Assembly (NCBI GenBank): GCA_944391885.1
Contig: CALXVE010000003.1
Coordinates: 1-39,681 of the forward strand
Origin: an uncultured Clostridia bacterium
GTDB taxonomy: Bacteria; Bacillota; Clostridia; TANB77; CAG-508
Direction: 5' to 3'
DNA length: 39,681 nt
The notes under the pieces were generated by a model. The model saw nothing but the letters and a program-made list of their open reading frames with translations. It ran no database searches and was not told the origin of the DNA. This document shows positions 20,545-29,872 of this stretch, one piece after another (within the stretch, counting starts at the first letter, position 1; each line of letters begins with the position of its first letter). Made by a program: the position numbers and the translations under genes.

Positions 20545-20575
20545 ATTATATAAAACTTGATAACTAATTTCAAGT
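20545..20575 (-). promoter_or_regulatory. sigma-A promoter of the polysaccharide locus with an inverted repeat
   Basis: TTGAAA-17 nt-TATAAT on the minus strand; ACTTGA-N9-TCAAGT at 20555-20575. Confidence 0.65.
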
Positions 20576-20611
20576 CTTTTTTTGTAATATATAATCATAT
20601 TTTAACATTTT

Positions 20612-20642
20612 AAAGCACACAACTTATAAAGATGTGTGCTTT
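20612..20642 (-). terminator. Terminator after galE
   Basis: AAAGCACACA ... TGTGTGCTTT inverted repeat. Confidence 0.75.
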
Positions 20643-20650
20643 TTATATTC

Positions 20651-21658
20651 TTATTTGACATTTCTTGCTATGTAATTCCACGAGTCTTTGCACATATCTT
20701 CTAGTGTTTTTTCTGCTCTCCAGCCTAATTCTTTATTTGCTTTTGTACAGTCTGCATAGCATGTTGCGATATCTCCTTCTCTTCTTGGCGCAATTTTATA
20801 TGGTACCTTTTTTCCCGTTGCTTTTTCAAAAGCTCTTACCATATCTAATACACTATATCCATTTCCAGTTCCTAAATTATATATGTATAAGCCTTTTCCT
20901 TCTTTTTCTATTTTTTTCAAAGCTTTCAAATGCCCTCTTGCTAAATCTACCACATGTATATAATCTCTAACTCCTGTACCGTCTGGTGTATTATAGTCAT
21001 TTCCAAATACGGATAACTCTCTTAATTGTCCGCTTGCTACTCTTACTATATATGGCATTAAATTATTTGGTATACCTTGAGGTTCTTCTCCTATCAATCC
21101 GCTTTCATGTGAGCCTACTGGATTAAAGTACCTTAATATACAAATATCCCATTCATTATCAGACTTATACAAATCTTGTAATATTTTTTCTATAAATAAT
21201 TTTGTTGTACCATACGGATTAGTTGTTCCACCTGTTTTGCAGTCTTCTGTTAATGGAATTTTTTCAGGTTCTCCATAAACAGTTGCCGAGGAACTAAATA
21301 TAAATTTTTTACAATTATATTCTTTCATTACTTCTAAAACAGTTAATGCTCCTGCTATATTATTCATGTAGTATTCTAATGGTTTTTTTACAGATTCTCC
21401 AACTGCCTTTAACCCCGCAAAGTTTATTACTGCTTCAATATTGTTTTCTTTAAATACTTTTTCTAAAGCTTGTTTATCCAAGCAGTCCAATTCATAAAAT
21501 TTAAAATTCTTGCCAGTAATTTGTTTGATTTTATCTAGTACCTCTGGTTTACTATTTGAAAAATTATCTACAATAACAATTTCTTCACCTTTATTTAAAA
21601 GTTCTACAGCAGTATGACTTCCTATGTATCCTGCTCCACCTGGCAATAAAATAGCCAT
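20651..21658 (-). CDS. galE: UDP-glucose 4-epimerase
   Basis: GGAGYIGSHT, KAVGES, SSSATVYG, LRYFNPVG, PNNLMPY and DGTGVRDYIHV motifs. Likely ATG start at 21658. Confidence 0.96.
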   Translation of the reverse strand: MAILLPGGAGYIGSHTAVELLNKGEEIVIVDNFSNSKPEVLDKIKQITGKNFKFYELDCLDKQALEKVFKENNIEAVINFAGLKAVGESVKKPLEYYMNNIAGALTVLEVMKEYNCKKFIFSSSATVYGEPEKIPLTEDCKTGGTTNPYGTTKLFIEKILQDLYKSDNEWDICILRYFNPVGSHESGLIGEEPQGIPNNLMPYIVRVASGQLRELSVFGNDYNTPDGTGVRDYIHVVDLARGHLKALKKIEKEGKGLYIYNLGTGNGYSVLDMVRAFEKATGKKVPYKIAPRREGDIATCYADCTKANKELGWRAEKTLEDMCKDSWNYIARNVK

Positions 21659-21674
21659 AAAAAATTCCACCCTT

Positions 21675-22346
21675 CTATATTTTATTTTTTAATATTATAT
21701 TATTCACTTTTTCTTTTACTTCTTCTATTGTCATGTTTGTTGTGTCTACAACTATTGCATCTTCTGCAATTTTTAATGCTCCTACTGGTTTATGCATGTC
21801 ATTGTAATCGCGCTTTTTCATTGCTTCCAATGTTTCTTCAAATGTAGTCTGCATGCCTTTTTCTTTGTTTTCTTTATATCTTCTTTTTGCTCTTTCTTCT
21901 ACATCTGCGTCTAGATATATTTTTACATTTGCATTTGGAAATACTACTGTTGTAATGTCTCTACCTTCCATTATTACATTTTTTCCTTCTGCCATTTTTC
22001 TTTGCAAATTCACCATTAATTCTCGTATTTCTGGTATTGAAGAAACTTGTGATACAAAACCTGATACTTCTGTGCTTCGTATTTCTTTGCTTACATTTTC
22101 TCCATTTAAAAATATTTCTTGCTCTCCATTATTATTTGTCATTTCTATTTTTATATTTTTAGCAATTTCAATTAATTTTTCTTTTTCTTCTATAGAATTA
22201 ATTCCTTGTCTAATAGCTTCTAATGTTATGCTACGGTACATTGCACCTGTGTCAATGTTAACAAGGTTTAATTCCTGTGCTATTAATTTTGCTATTGTTC
22301 CTTTTCCAGTTCCTGCTGGTCCATCTATTGCTACAACAAATGACAT
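21675..22346 (-). CDS. cmk: Cytidylate kinase
   Basis: VAIDGPAGTGKGT, DTGAMYR and MEGRDI motifs. Likely ATG at 22346 with GGAGG RBS. Confidence 0.95.
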   Translation of the reverse strand: MSFVVAIDGPAGTGKGTIAKLIAQELNLVNIDTGAMYRSITLEAIRQGINSIEEKEKLIEIAKNIKIEMTNNNGEQEIFLNGENVSKEIRSTEVSGFVSQVSSIPEIRELMVNLQRKMAEGKNVIMEGRDITTVVFPNANVKIYLDADVEERAKRRYKENKEKGMQTTFEETLEAMKKRDYNDMHKPVGALKIAEDAIVVDTTNMTIEEVKEKVNNIILKNKI

Positions 22347-22360
22347 ATCTCTACCCTCCA

Positions 22361-22395
22361 ACTTCTCAATTCTCACCTCTCACTTCTCACCTCTC
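22361..22395. repeat. Five tandem heptamers A(C/A)(T/C)TCTC
   Basis: ACTTCTC AATTCTC ACCTCTC ACTTCTC ACCTCTC. Confidence 0.85.
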
Positions 22396-23268
22396 ATCCG
22401 GCATATGAATCCCCTTAGCTACAATGGTTACTTGCTGCACATTCATTGTTGTTAGTTTTTCAATTTCTTTTTTTATTTTTTCTTTGAATTCTCTTAGTGT
22501 AGTCAAAATATTGTATCCATAATTTATTGAAACTTCCATATATATATTAGGTCCTTCTGGTGTACTTTCAACCCTAATTCTCATTAATTTATATATAGCG
22601 TCAGACCTTTTTGCCAAGTATTCTGCTATTTGGCGAAATACAGTATCTGATATTGTAAAATTTCCTAAATAACTAAATGTAGGCCTTATTATTGATTTTT
22701 CTGTCATATATGGTGCATTGCCTTTTCCCTTAAATTTAAATATTTGCAATGGGTCTAATATATATCCTGAAAAATCTTTTTTAATTTCAAATGTGGGAAC
22801 TGGTATTACATGTTTTCCTTGTGTTGTACGAATTCTTTTTGCTGTTTCCATTTCCGCTTCTGTTGCAACATCTTGTATATAAATTCTTTCACTTGGTTTT
22901 GGAAGTCCTAAATTTTCTGCAATTTTGTCAACCATACCATCAGAAGTACCCAAAATCAAAATAGATTTTGGTTTACATTTTCTTATGGCTTTTTTCATTT
23001 CATTTCTTTCTTTTTCGTTTATAAATATTGCTTTTCTAACTGTTTCTACTTTTGTAGGAGCTTTTTTAGCTGAAGTCCCAGCAATCACATCATTTTCGTT
23101 TATTAATAATCCATCATCAATTATATAATCTATATGGTGTTCACTTGCTACAAGTTGCGCCCTATAGCTTTTACCAGTACCTGATGGTCCAATAAAAGCA
23201 TACACTTTTATTTCTTCTCCTGGATTTAGACTTAAAGTGTTAATGTTAAAAAGTTGCAATTTTTTCAC
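22387..23268 (-). CDS. P-loop NTPase fused to an Asp23/Gls24-like C-terminal domain
   Basis: Walker A GPSGTGKSYRA; YIIDDGLLI; C-terminal RPTFSYLG..ISD...EIEKLTTMNVQQVTI. Confidence 0.75.
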   Translation of the reverse strand: MKKLQLFNINTLSLNPGEEIKVYAFIGPSGTGKSYRAQLVASEHHIDYIIDDGLLINENDVIAGTSAKKAPTKVETVRKAIFINEKERNEMKKAIRKCKPKSILILGTSDGMVDKIAENLGLPKPSERIYIQDVATEAEMETAKRIRTTQGKHVIPVPTFEIKKDFSGYILDPLQIFKFKGKGNAPYMTEKSIIRPTFSYLGNFTISDTVFRQIAEYLAKRSDAIYKLMRIRVESTPEGPNIYMEVSINYGYNILTTLREFKEKIKKEIEKLTTMNVQQVTIVAKGIHMPDER

Positions 23269-24821
23269 TCCTTTTCAATTAGTGCAATTGTGTATTGATA
23301 TTCATGATATTTTACAGAAAACCCTTCTCTTTTAATTAATTTAATGTTTTCTTCCCCATATCTTTGTACAAATTCATCATAAATAGCATAGCTTCCTGCA
23401 TTTATAATCCAAATTCTACCTTCATAATCATCTAATGGCTCCAATGTTTTAATTGTTAACATATCTTTTCCAAAAGCCTCATATGATGGCTCTACGTTCC
23501 AATGCTCTCTATCATAAAAACAATTTGGCACATCTATTAATTGCATACTAAGCACAAATCCACTGCCTTCATTTCCAAATAAGATTATATCTCCTTCTTG
23601 TAAATCTTGTTTCACATATTCTAGTGGTTTTGTGTTTGATTGGTCATAGTTCATTTTTGAGACATTGTAATTTATATACATTGATACAATAAGTATAACA
23701 ATGCTTAATATGGTTGTCAAAATTTTTCTTCCACCCTTTGCCATAAAAAATGCTAGGAAGAATATAAATAAACCTGTTAAATTTAGGAAATATCTTGCAT
23801 ACAAAATTGGCTTTATTATTGAAATTATAAGTATGCATATCATAACAATAAGATATATTCCAATTGCCCAAGTTCCTGCTATATTAGCATATTTTTCTTT
23901 TTTCTTTTTATTCTCTTTAATTGCTCTTATCATGCTATAAATGGCATAAATTGATATTAGCGCTCCAAAAGTAATAGCAATCGGCTCACTAATAAACAAA
24001 ATATCCAAATTGCCTGTAAACTGAAATGTGAAAATTTGTAAGAATCCTGCTAGTGATGGTCCAGGTATCCAAAAACCGTTTGACATACCTTCAATTTGTT
24101 TTACTACTGCTACCATAAACCATGGTAAGTATAAAAGTATTTGAATTATTGCTGTTACTGTAAAACATTTTAAATCTATAGTATATATTTTATTTTCTTT
24201 ATTTGTTTTATGATTTTTTATAGATCTTACTATTAAATAAATGAATAATATTGCATTTATAACTCCAGCTGTTGCTAAACCATAATAATGTGTATAACAT
24301 GATGCTAAACTAAAAATCGCAAATATAGCCCAGTTTTTTATTTTTGTTTTAGTTTCTGTACTTGCTACTTGTTTATAAATTCTATATGCATAAATTGCCA
24401 TTATGCTAACAAATAGCATTGCCCATGTATACATTCTAATTTCGCCTGAATATACACAGCTTATTGGTAAGAAAAGTGTTAAAAATGAAAATAAAAATCC
24501 TACTTTTTCTCCAAAGTCTTTTTTGATATGTGTATAGCCTAGTATTGCTAATATTGCAACTGGTATCATTGAAAAAACACGATATATGTATATATTTGAA
24601 CCAAAAATTAAATATATTATATGTAACATCCAATAATATAGTATTGGGTGCACATCATTGCTACCAATATTCCAAATATCTGAAAAGCTTTTGCTTACAA
24701 TTCCTACTGTATAACTTTCGTCAAGCCAAATATTTTGGTGAAATATTGGTATTGAAATAAATATAATTCCTAAAATTATTATTGCTATATGTGAATATTT
24801 TGCTATTTTTTCTTTTTGCAC
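23265..24821 (-). CDS. GT-C fold membrane glycosyltransferase (PMT/GT39-like)
   Basis: WLDESYT, DVHPILYY, EIRMY and YTHYY motifs; many TM helices. Confidence 0.82.
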   Translation of the reverse strand: MQKEKIAKYSHIAIIILGIIFISIPIFHQNIWLDESYTVGIVSKSFSDIWNIGSNDVHPILYYWMLHIIYLIFGSNIYIYRVFSMIPVAILAILGYTHIKKDFGEKVGFLFSFLTLFLPISCVYSGEIRMYTWAMLFVSIMAIYAYRIYKQVASTETKTKIKNWAIFAIFSLASCYTHYYGLATAGVINAILFIYLIVRSIKNHKTNKENKIYTIDLKCFTVTAIIQILLYLPWFMVAVVKQIEGMSNGFWIPGPSLAGFLQIFTFQFTGNLDILFISEPIAITFGALISIYAIYSMIRAIKENKKKKEKYANIAGTWAIGIYLIVMICILIISIIKPILYARYFLNLTGLFIFFLAFFMAKGGRKILTTILSIVILIVSMYINYNVSKMNYDQSNTKPLEYVKQDLQEGDIILFGNEGSGFVLSMQLIDVPNCFYDREHWNVEPSYEAFGKDMLTIKTLEPLDDYEGRIWIINAGSYAIYDEFVQRYGEENIKLIKREGFSVKYHEYQYTIALIEKE

Positions 24822-24889
24822 TTTAATTCTCCTTTTTCATCATCAAACTTTTCACATTTTATCATACCTTACATTATTTCTCAACACTT

Positions 24890-25561
24890 TTATTTATCAT
24901 TTGTTATATCTCCATTACCACTAACCGGAATAGTTTCTCCTAAAAATGTAGGTTCTGGCTTTATAATGCATTGTATTAAGTCTTTGTCCCTTGCAAAAAT
25001 TTCTCTTATTTCTCTAAAAAGTTGTCCACCATATTCTCTTGGATCCGAATTCACTCCATATGCTTCTAATCCTAATTGGTCTGCAATGTATAATGCGCGG
25101 TACATATGATATTTTTGTGTTACCACTATAATTTTTTTAGCCTGAAAAATTTCTTTTGCCCTATACATGCTCTCATATGTAGAAAGCCCAGCATGGTCCA
25201 TAAAAATATCTTCTGATTTTACATTTCTGTCGATAGCAAATTTTTTCATTACAGTTACTTCGTCATAATCTTCTTTGCTATGGTCACCACTCATAATAAT
25301 TTTATTTGATGCACCATTTTCATATAGTGAGATTCCTTGTAATAGTCTATCTTCTAGCATTGGGCTTGGTTTATCTCCCCAAATGCCTGCACCTAAAACT
25401 AGTATACAGTCCACATCTTTTAGTTTATTTGCTTCTTCTTCTGTTAAAATTCTACCTTTTATGGTTCCTATTACATAAAAATTAAGCCCCAATACAATTA
25501 ATAAAATTATAAATATAATAATTAAAAATATCATAAAAACCCTCTTTAATGTTTTATTCAT
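24890..25561 (-). CDS. SanA/YdcF (DUF218) family protein
   Basis: ILVLGAG, IIMSGD, DHAGLSTYES, TQKYHMYRA and RE motifs. Likely start MNKTL at 25561 with GGAG RBS. Confidence 0.88.
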   Translation of the reverse strand: MNKTLKRVFMIFLIIIFIILLIVLGLNFYVIGTIKGRILTEEEANKLKDVDCILVLGAGIWGDKPSPMLEDRLLQGISLYENGASNKIIMSGDHSKEDYDEVTVMKKFAIDRNVKSEDIFMDHAGLSTYESMYRAKEIFQAKKIIVVTQKYHMYRALYIADQLGLEAYGVNSDPREYGGQLFREIREIFARDKDLIQCIIKPEPTFLGETIPVSGNGDITNDK

Positions 25562-25652
25562 TTTATTACTCCAAATCATTCTAAATTTCTTTGTTGTCGT
25601 CCTATTATTGCCCTTACGCCTAAACCTCTTAATTCTAAAATTCAAATTCCGA

Positions 25653-25680
25653 TTAGCTCACTTCTCTTAGCTCATAACTC
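25653..25680. repeat. Degenerate heptamer tandem repeat
   Basis: TTAGCTC ACTTCTC TTAGCTC ATAACTC; shares the ACTTCTC unit with 22361-22395. Confidence 0.6.
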
Positions 25681-25688
25681 ACTACTTT

Positions 25689-25732
25689 AAAAAGAGCACA
25701 GAATTAAGAAACCTTAACTTTGTGCCCTTTTA
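25689..25732 (-). terminator. Terminator after the GT2 gene
   Basis: AAAAGAGCACA ... TGTGCCCTTTT imperfect hairpin. Confidence 0.6.
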
Positions 25733-25739
25733 TTTTATC

Positions 25740-26996
25740 TTAGTTTTCTACTTTTTCAGTAGCAATTCCTCTAACTTCTTGAATATCTATTTTTCTAACA
25801 TGCTCTATTTTATCCCATGTAGTATCACGTTTAAATAAGCATTTGAAGTTTATTAATAGCCATGAACCTAAGAATAATGGATAACATAGTAGTCCCTTAA
25901 TCATTGGTTTGATTGGTCTTTTATCTAACCACATAATAAGTACTGCTGTACCAATTGGTAATAGGAAAGTAGGAATTACATATCTTAAAATATTTATAAT
26001 TAATTCTACATTTGTCATTCCATTTCCTGCATACATAATAAAGTTTAAAATTAATAACGCAATTGTTGCTACAAACATTGGAATACTACCAACAATGTAT
26101 AAAAAGCCATCTAAGTTTACTAAACTTTTATGTTCTTTTACAGAATATGCTAATGGCTTAGTATATTCTTTAATACATTGCATATGTCCCACTGTCCATC
26201 TACTTCTTTGTTTCCAACTTTGCACAAATCCTAGTGGTTGCTCATCATATACAATTGCATCTGTTGCCCAACCTAGTTTTTTTCCTTTAATGATAGTTTT
26301 TAGCGAAAATTCTATATCCTCTGTTAAAGTTTTTGTGTCCCATCCATTTGGTTTTACTAAATCAAATTTAACCATAAAACCAGTACCATTTATTAATGGT
26401 GAAAGTCCTATGTTATATCTTGCCAAATGATAGAAACGGTTCATTGTCCAGTAGAATATTGCATATCCTGCTGTAATCCAGTTGTCTGTAGGATTTTTAA
26501 TATCTCTGTAACCCTGAACTACTTCTTCACCTTGGCATAGTTTTTTGTTCATGTTTTTAATAAAGTTTTTATCTACAATGTTGTCTGCATCAAATATGCA
26601 GAATGCATCATATTGTGCATCTTCTTCTATTTTTTGTTTTAAGAACCAATTTAAAGCATATCCTTTTGTTTTCTTTGTAGGGTCAAATCTTTCATACACA
26701 ATTGCTCCTGCTTTTCTTGCTACTTCTGCAGTTTTATCTGTGCAGTTATCTGCAATAACATAAATATCGTATAAATCTTTTGGATAATCTTGTGCTTTTA
26801 AACTTTTAATTAATTCTTCTACTACATTTTCTTCGTTATGGGCTGGTATTATAGCCATAAAACGATGTTTTTTGTTAACTAGCATTGGTTTATCTTTTAG
26901 TTTTATTAATGAGCAAACACTAATAACTAATTGATATAGCCAAAATATTGTTATAACCCATACTAATGCTTGTTGTACAATGTATAGATACTCCAT
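25740..26996 (-). CDS. Membrane GT2 glycosyltransferase (processive, cellulose-synthase-like)
   Basis: IPAHNEE, ADNC, KGYAL, FDADN, TEDIE and QRSRW (QxxRW) motifs. Confidence 0.88.
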   Translation of the reverse strand: MEYLYIVQQALVWVITIFWLYQLVISVCSLIKLKDKPMLVNKKHRFMAIIPAHNEENVVEELIKSLKAQDYPKDLYDIYVIADNCTDKTAEVARKAGAIVYERFDPTKKTKGYALNWFLKQKIEEDAQYDAFCIFDADNIVDKNFIKNMNKKLCQGEEVVQGYRDIKNPTDNWITAGYAIFYWTMNRFYHLARYNIGLSPLINGTGFMVKFDLVKPNGWDTKTLTEDIEFSLKTIIKGKKLGWATDAIVYDEQPLGFVQSWKQRSRWTVGHMQCIKEYTKPLAYSVKEHKSLVNLDGFLYIVGSIPMFVATIALLILNFIMYAGNGMTNVELIINILRYVIPTFLLPIGTAVLIMWLDKRPIKPMIKGLLCYPLFLGSWLLINFKCLFKRDTTWDKIEHVRKIDIQEVRGIATEKVEN

Positions 26997-27109
26997 TTTT
27001 TTATCTCCTTAATATATTATTTTTGCTTTTGAAACTTCACAATAATAATTATACTATTCTATTTGTTTTTTTGCAACTTTTATTATAAATTTTAAGCAAT
27101 TCTTAATAA

Positions 27110-29221
27110 TTAATTAGCACTTGCTTCTAAATCCTTCATATTTAGGTTAATTCTGCCTTGTTCATCAATTTCAGATACTTTAACTGTAACTTCATCACCT
27201 ACATTTAAAACATCCTCTACTTTTTCAACTCTTCTGCTTGAAATTTTAGAGATGTGCAATAATCCTTCATTTCCTCCACCTAGGTCTATAAATGCTCCAA
27301 AAGGCATAATTCTTGTTACTGTTCCTGTATAAATGTTGCCTACTTCAATTACTTTTGCTACATCTAAAATCATATCCATTGCTTTTTCACAGTTTTTAGT
27401 ATCTTCTCCATAAACAAATACTTTACCGTCATCTTCAATATCAATTTTAACACCAGTTGCTTCTATAATTTTATTAATCATTTTTCCGCTAGGTCCAATG
27501 ACATCTTTTATTTTATCTACACTGATTATAGTTGTCATTATTTTTGGTGCATATTTTGAAATATCTTCTCTTGGTTTACTAATAACTGGTAACATAACAT
27601 TATCTAAAATATAATCTCGTGCCACTTTTGTTCTTTCAAAAGCCTCCTTGATTATATCATATGTTAGTCCATCTATTTTAATGTCTACTTGTATAGCAGT
27701 AATTCCGTCTTTAGTTCCACCAACTTTAAAGTCCATATCTCCAAAGAAGTCTTCAATTCCTTGAATATCAGTAAGCATAATGTATTTGCTTGGGTCATTT
27801 TTATCTGTTACTAACCCTGTTGAAATACCTGCTACTGGTTTTTTTATAGGAACTCCTGCATCCATTAAAGCAAGTGTGCTACCACATATACTTGCTTGTG
27901 AAGTTGAACCATTAGAAGAAAGTACTTCTGATACAACACGGATTGCATATGGAAATTCATCTTCTGAAGGAATTACTGGTACTAATGCTTTTTCTGCTAA
28001 AGCTCCATGACCAACTTCCCTTCTTCCTGGTCCTCTTGAAGTACGAGCTTCACCAACACTATATGGTGGGAAATTATATTGGTGCATATATCTTTTTGAA
28101 GTTTCTTCATCTAGTCCATCAAGTATTTGTTCTTCACTTTTCATTCCCAACGTTACAACTGACATAACTTGAGTTTGACCTCTTGTAAATATTGCACTAC
28201 CATGTACTCTTGGAAGCACACCAACTTCGCATGACAAAGGTCTAATTTCATCTATTTTTCTGCCATCTGGACGTTTGTGTTCTTCTAAAATCATTTTTCT
28301 AACACATGCTTTTTCTAGGTCGTGTATACTGTCTGCAATTGCTGTAGCTTTTTCTTCGGCTTCTTCTTCTCCATATTTTTCTACAAAATAATTTGTAATA
28401 TCTTCTGCAATTTTTTCCATATTTGCATCTCTTACAGTCTTATCTGTAGCTTGTACATCTTGATACATTCTTTCTTCAAAGTTCTCTTTTATTTCTTCAT
28501 ACACTTCTGGATCTGTTGCAAATGATTTATATTCAAATTTAGGTTTTCCAATTTCTGCTTGAATATCAGAAATAAAATTACATATTTTTTTAATTTCTAC
28601 ATGTGCTTGTTTAATTGCTTCTAACATTGTTTCATTTGGTATCTCATCTGCACCTGCTTCAATCATAGTAATTTTTTCTAAAGTTCCTGCTACTGTTAGG
28701 TTTAGTCTGCTTTTTTCTCTTTGCTCCAATGTTGGGTTAATAATAATTTTATCATCTACATATCCAACATTTACAGCTGCTGTTGGTCCTCCAAATGGAA
28801 TATCTGATATTGAAAGTGCAGCAGATGCACCAATCATGGCACAAACTTCCGGGCTGTTGTCTGGTTCTACAGATAATACTGTTGCTACAACACAAGTATC
28901 ATTTCTAAAATCTTTTGGGAACAATGGTCTTAATGGCCTATCTATTGCCCTTGAAGTTAGTATCGCCTTATCTGCTGGTTTTCCTTCTCTTTTATTAAAT
29001 CCTCCTGGAATTTTACCAACTGCATATAGTTTTTCCTCATAATCTACTGATAATGGGAAAAAGTCAATTCCTTCTTTTGGTTCTTTTGTTGCTGTTACAT
29101 TTACCATAACAACAGTGTCTCCATAGCGTACTACAACGCTACCGTTTGCAAGTTCTGCAATTTTTCCTGTTTCAATTGTTAGCTTTCTTCCTGCTAATTC
29201 TGTTTCATAAGTTTTAAACAT
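27110..29221 (-). CDS. pnp: Polyribonucleotide nucleotidyltransferase
   Basis: FFPLSVDYEE, IDRPLRPLFP, FTRGQTQ, RREVGHG, SNGSTS and GDMDFKV motifs; KH and S1 domains. Confidence 0.98.
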   Translation of the reverse strand: MFKTYETELAGRKLTIETGKIAELANGSVVVRYGDTVVMVNVTATKEPKEGIDFFPLSVDYEEKLYAVGKIPGGFNKREGKPADKAILTSRAIDRPLRPLFPKDFRNDTCVVATVLSVEPDNSPEVCAMIGASAALSISDIPFGGPTAAVNVGYVDDKIIINPTLEQREKSRLNLTVAGTLEKITMIEAGADEIPNETMLEAIKQAHVEIKKICNFISDIQAEIGKPKFEYKSFATDPEVYEEIKENFEERMYQDVQATDKTVRDANMEKIAEDITNYFVEKYGEEEAEEKATAIADSIHDLEKACVRKMILEEHKRPDGRKIDEIRPLSCEVGVLPRVHGSAIFTRGQTQVMSVVTLGMKSEEQILDGLDEETSKRYMHQYNFPPYSVGEARTSRGPGRREVGHGALAEKALVPVIPSEDEFPYAIRVVSEVLSSNGSTSQASICGSTLALMDAGVPIKKPVAGISTGLVTDKNDPSKYIMLTDIQGIEDFFGDMDFKVGGTKDGITAIQVDIKIDGLTYDIIKEAFERTKVARDYILDNVMLPVISKPREDISKYAPKIMTTIISVDKIKDVIGPSGKMINKIIEATGVKIDIEDDGKVFVYGEDTKNCEKAMDMILDVAKVIEVGNIYTGTVTRIMPFGAFIDLGGGNEGLLHISKISSRRVEKVEDVLNVGDEVTVKVSEIDEQGRINLNMKDLEASAN

Positions 29222-29423
29222 ATCTTTCTTCCTTTCTACAATTATTTTAAATTTATTTAAAACAATACAAAATTAGCGTAACCTCTATTATGAGCTATTT
29301 TTTGCTTTTAATAGCTTATAATACAAGCTACTTTCTAATTTTAATATTGTCTAAATACTTATTTTAGTTTGTCCAAATTTTGTTCAATAAATTACTTTAT
29401 TTAAATATTTCAAAAAACTTGGA

Positions 29424-29459
29424 AAAATGGGCATTTTAAAGTTGTGAAATGCCCATTTT
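29424..29459 (-). terminator. Terminator after rpsO
   Basis: AAAATGGGCATTT-N10-AAATGCCCATTTT. Confidence 0.8.
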
Positions 29460-29467
29460 GAATTACA

Positions 29468-29731
29468 CTATTTTCTTAAGCCTAGTTTTTCAACAATATC
29501 TCTGTATCTTTGGATATCTTTTTTAGCTAAATAGTTAAGTAGGTTTCTTCTAGCACCTACCATTTTTAAAAGTCCTCTCCTTGAGTGATTATCTTTTACA
29601 TGAACTTTTAAATGTGTAGTTAATTCATTAATTCTTTCTGTTAAAAGAGCGATTTGCACTTCTGGTGAGCCAGTATCTTTTTCGTCCCTTCTATAAGTTT
29701 CAATGATTTCTTGTTTTCTTTCTTTTGTCAT
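29468..29731 (-). CDS. rpsO: 30S ribosomal protein S15
   Basis: [13 protein letters not shown] and [13 protein letters not shown] motifs. Confidence 0.98.
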   Translation of the reverse strand: MTKERKQEIIETYRRDEKDTGSPEVQIALLTERINELTTHLKVHVKDNHSRRGLLKMVGARRNLLNYLAKKDIQRYRDIVEKLGLRK

Positions 29732-29744
29732 AATTTTTTCCTCC

Positions 29745-29830
29745 TTTTTTTCAATTTGCCTTTAACTGAGCCTAAGTTGGAGTTTTTGTTGCCTTAGACT
29801 AAGTAAAAGGTAGCCTGTGCTTTTTTGCAC
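29745..29830 (-). promoter_or_regulatory. Putative S15 autoregulatory leader RNA
   Basis: 5' UTR with a small GTGC-GCAC hairpin and a long stem (CCTTTTACTTAGTCTAAG ... CTTAGGCTCAGTTAAAGG). Upstream promoter TTGCAT-17 nt-TAATAT. Confidence 0.65.
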
Positions 29831-29872
29831 ATTAATATATTAACATATTTTGCTAAAAAATGCAAGTATATT

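Noticed and set aside
20555-20575. Invertible (phase-variable) promoter
   Set aside because: The inverted repeats are only 6 bp, enclose 9 nt and do not flank the -10; no invertase is nearby.
22347-22376. N-terminal extension of cmk (MRIEKLEGRD)
   Set aside because: It derives from the heptamer repeat; the real start at 22346 has a GGAGG RBS.
25562-25645. N-terminal extension of the SanA-like ORF
   Set aside because: No RBS at 25645; the ATG at 25561 has a GGAG RBS and precedes the TM anchor.
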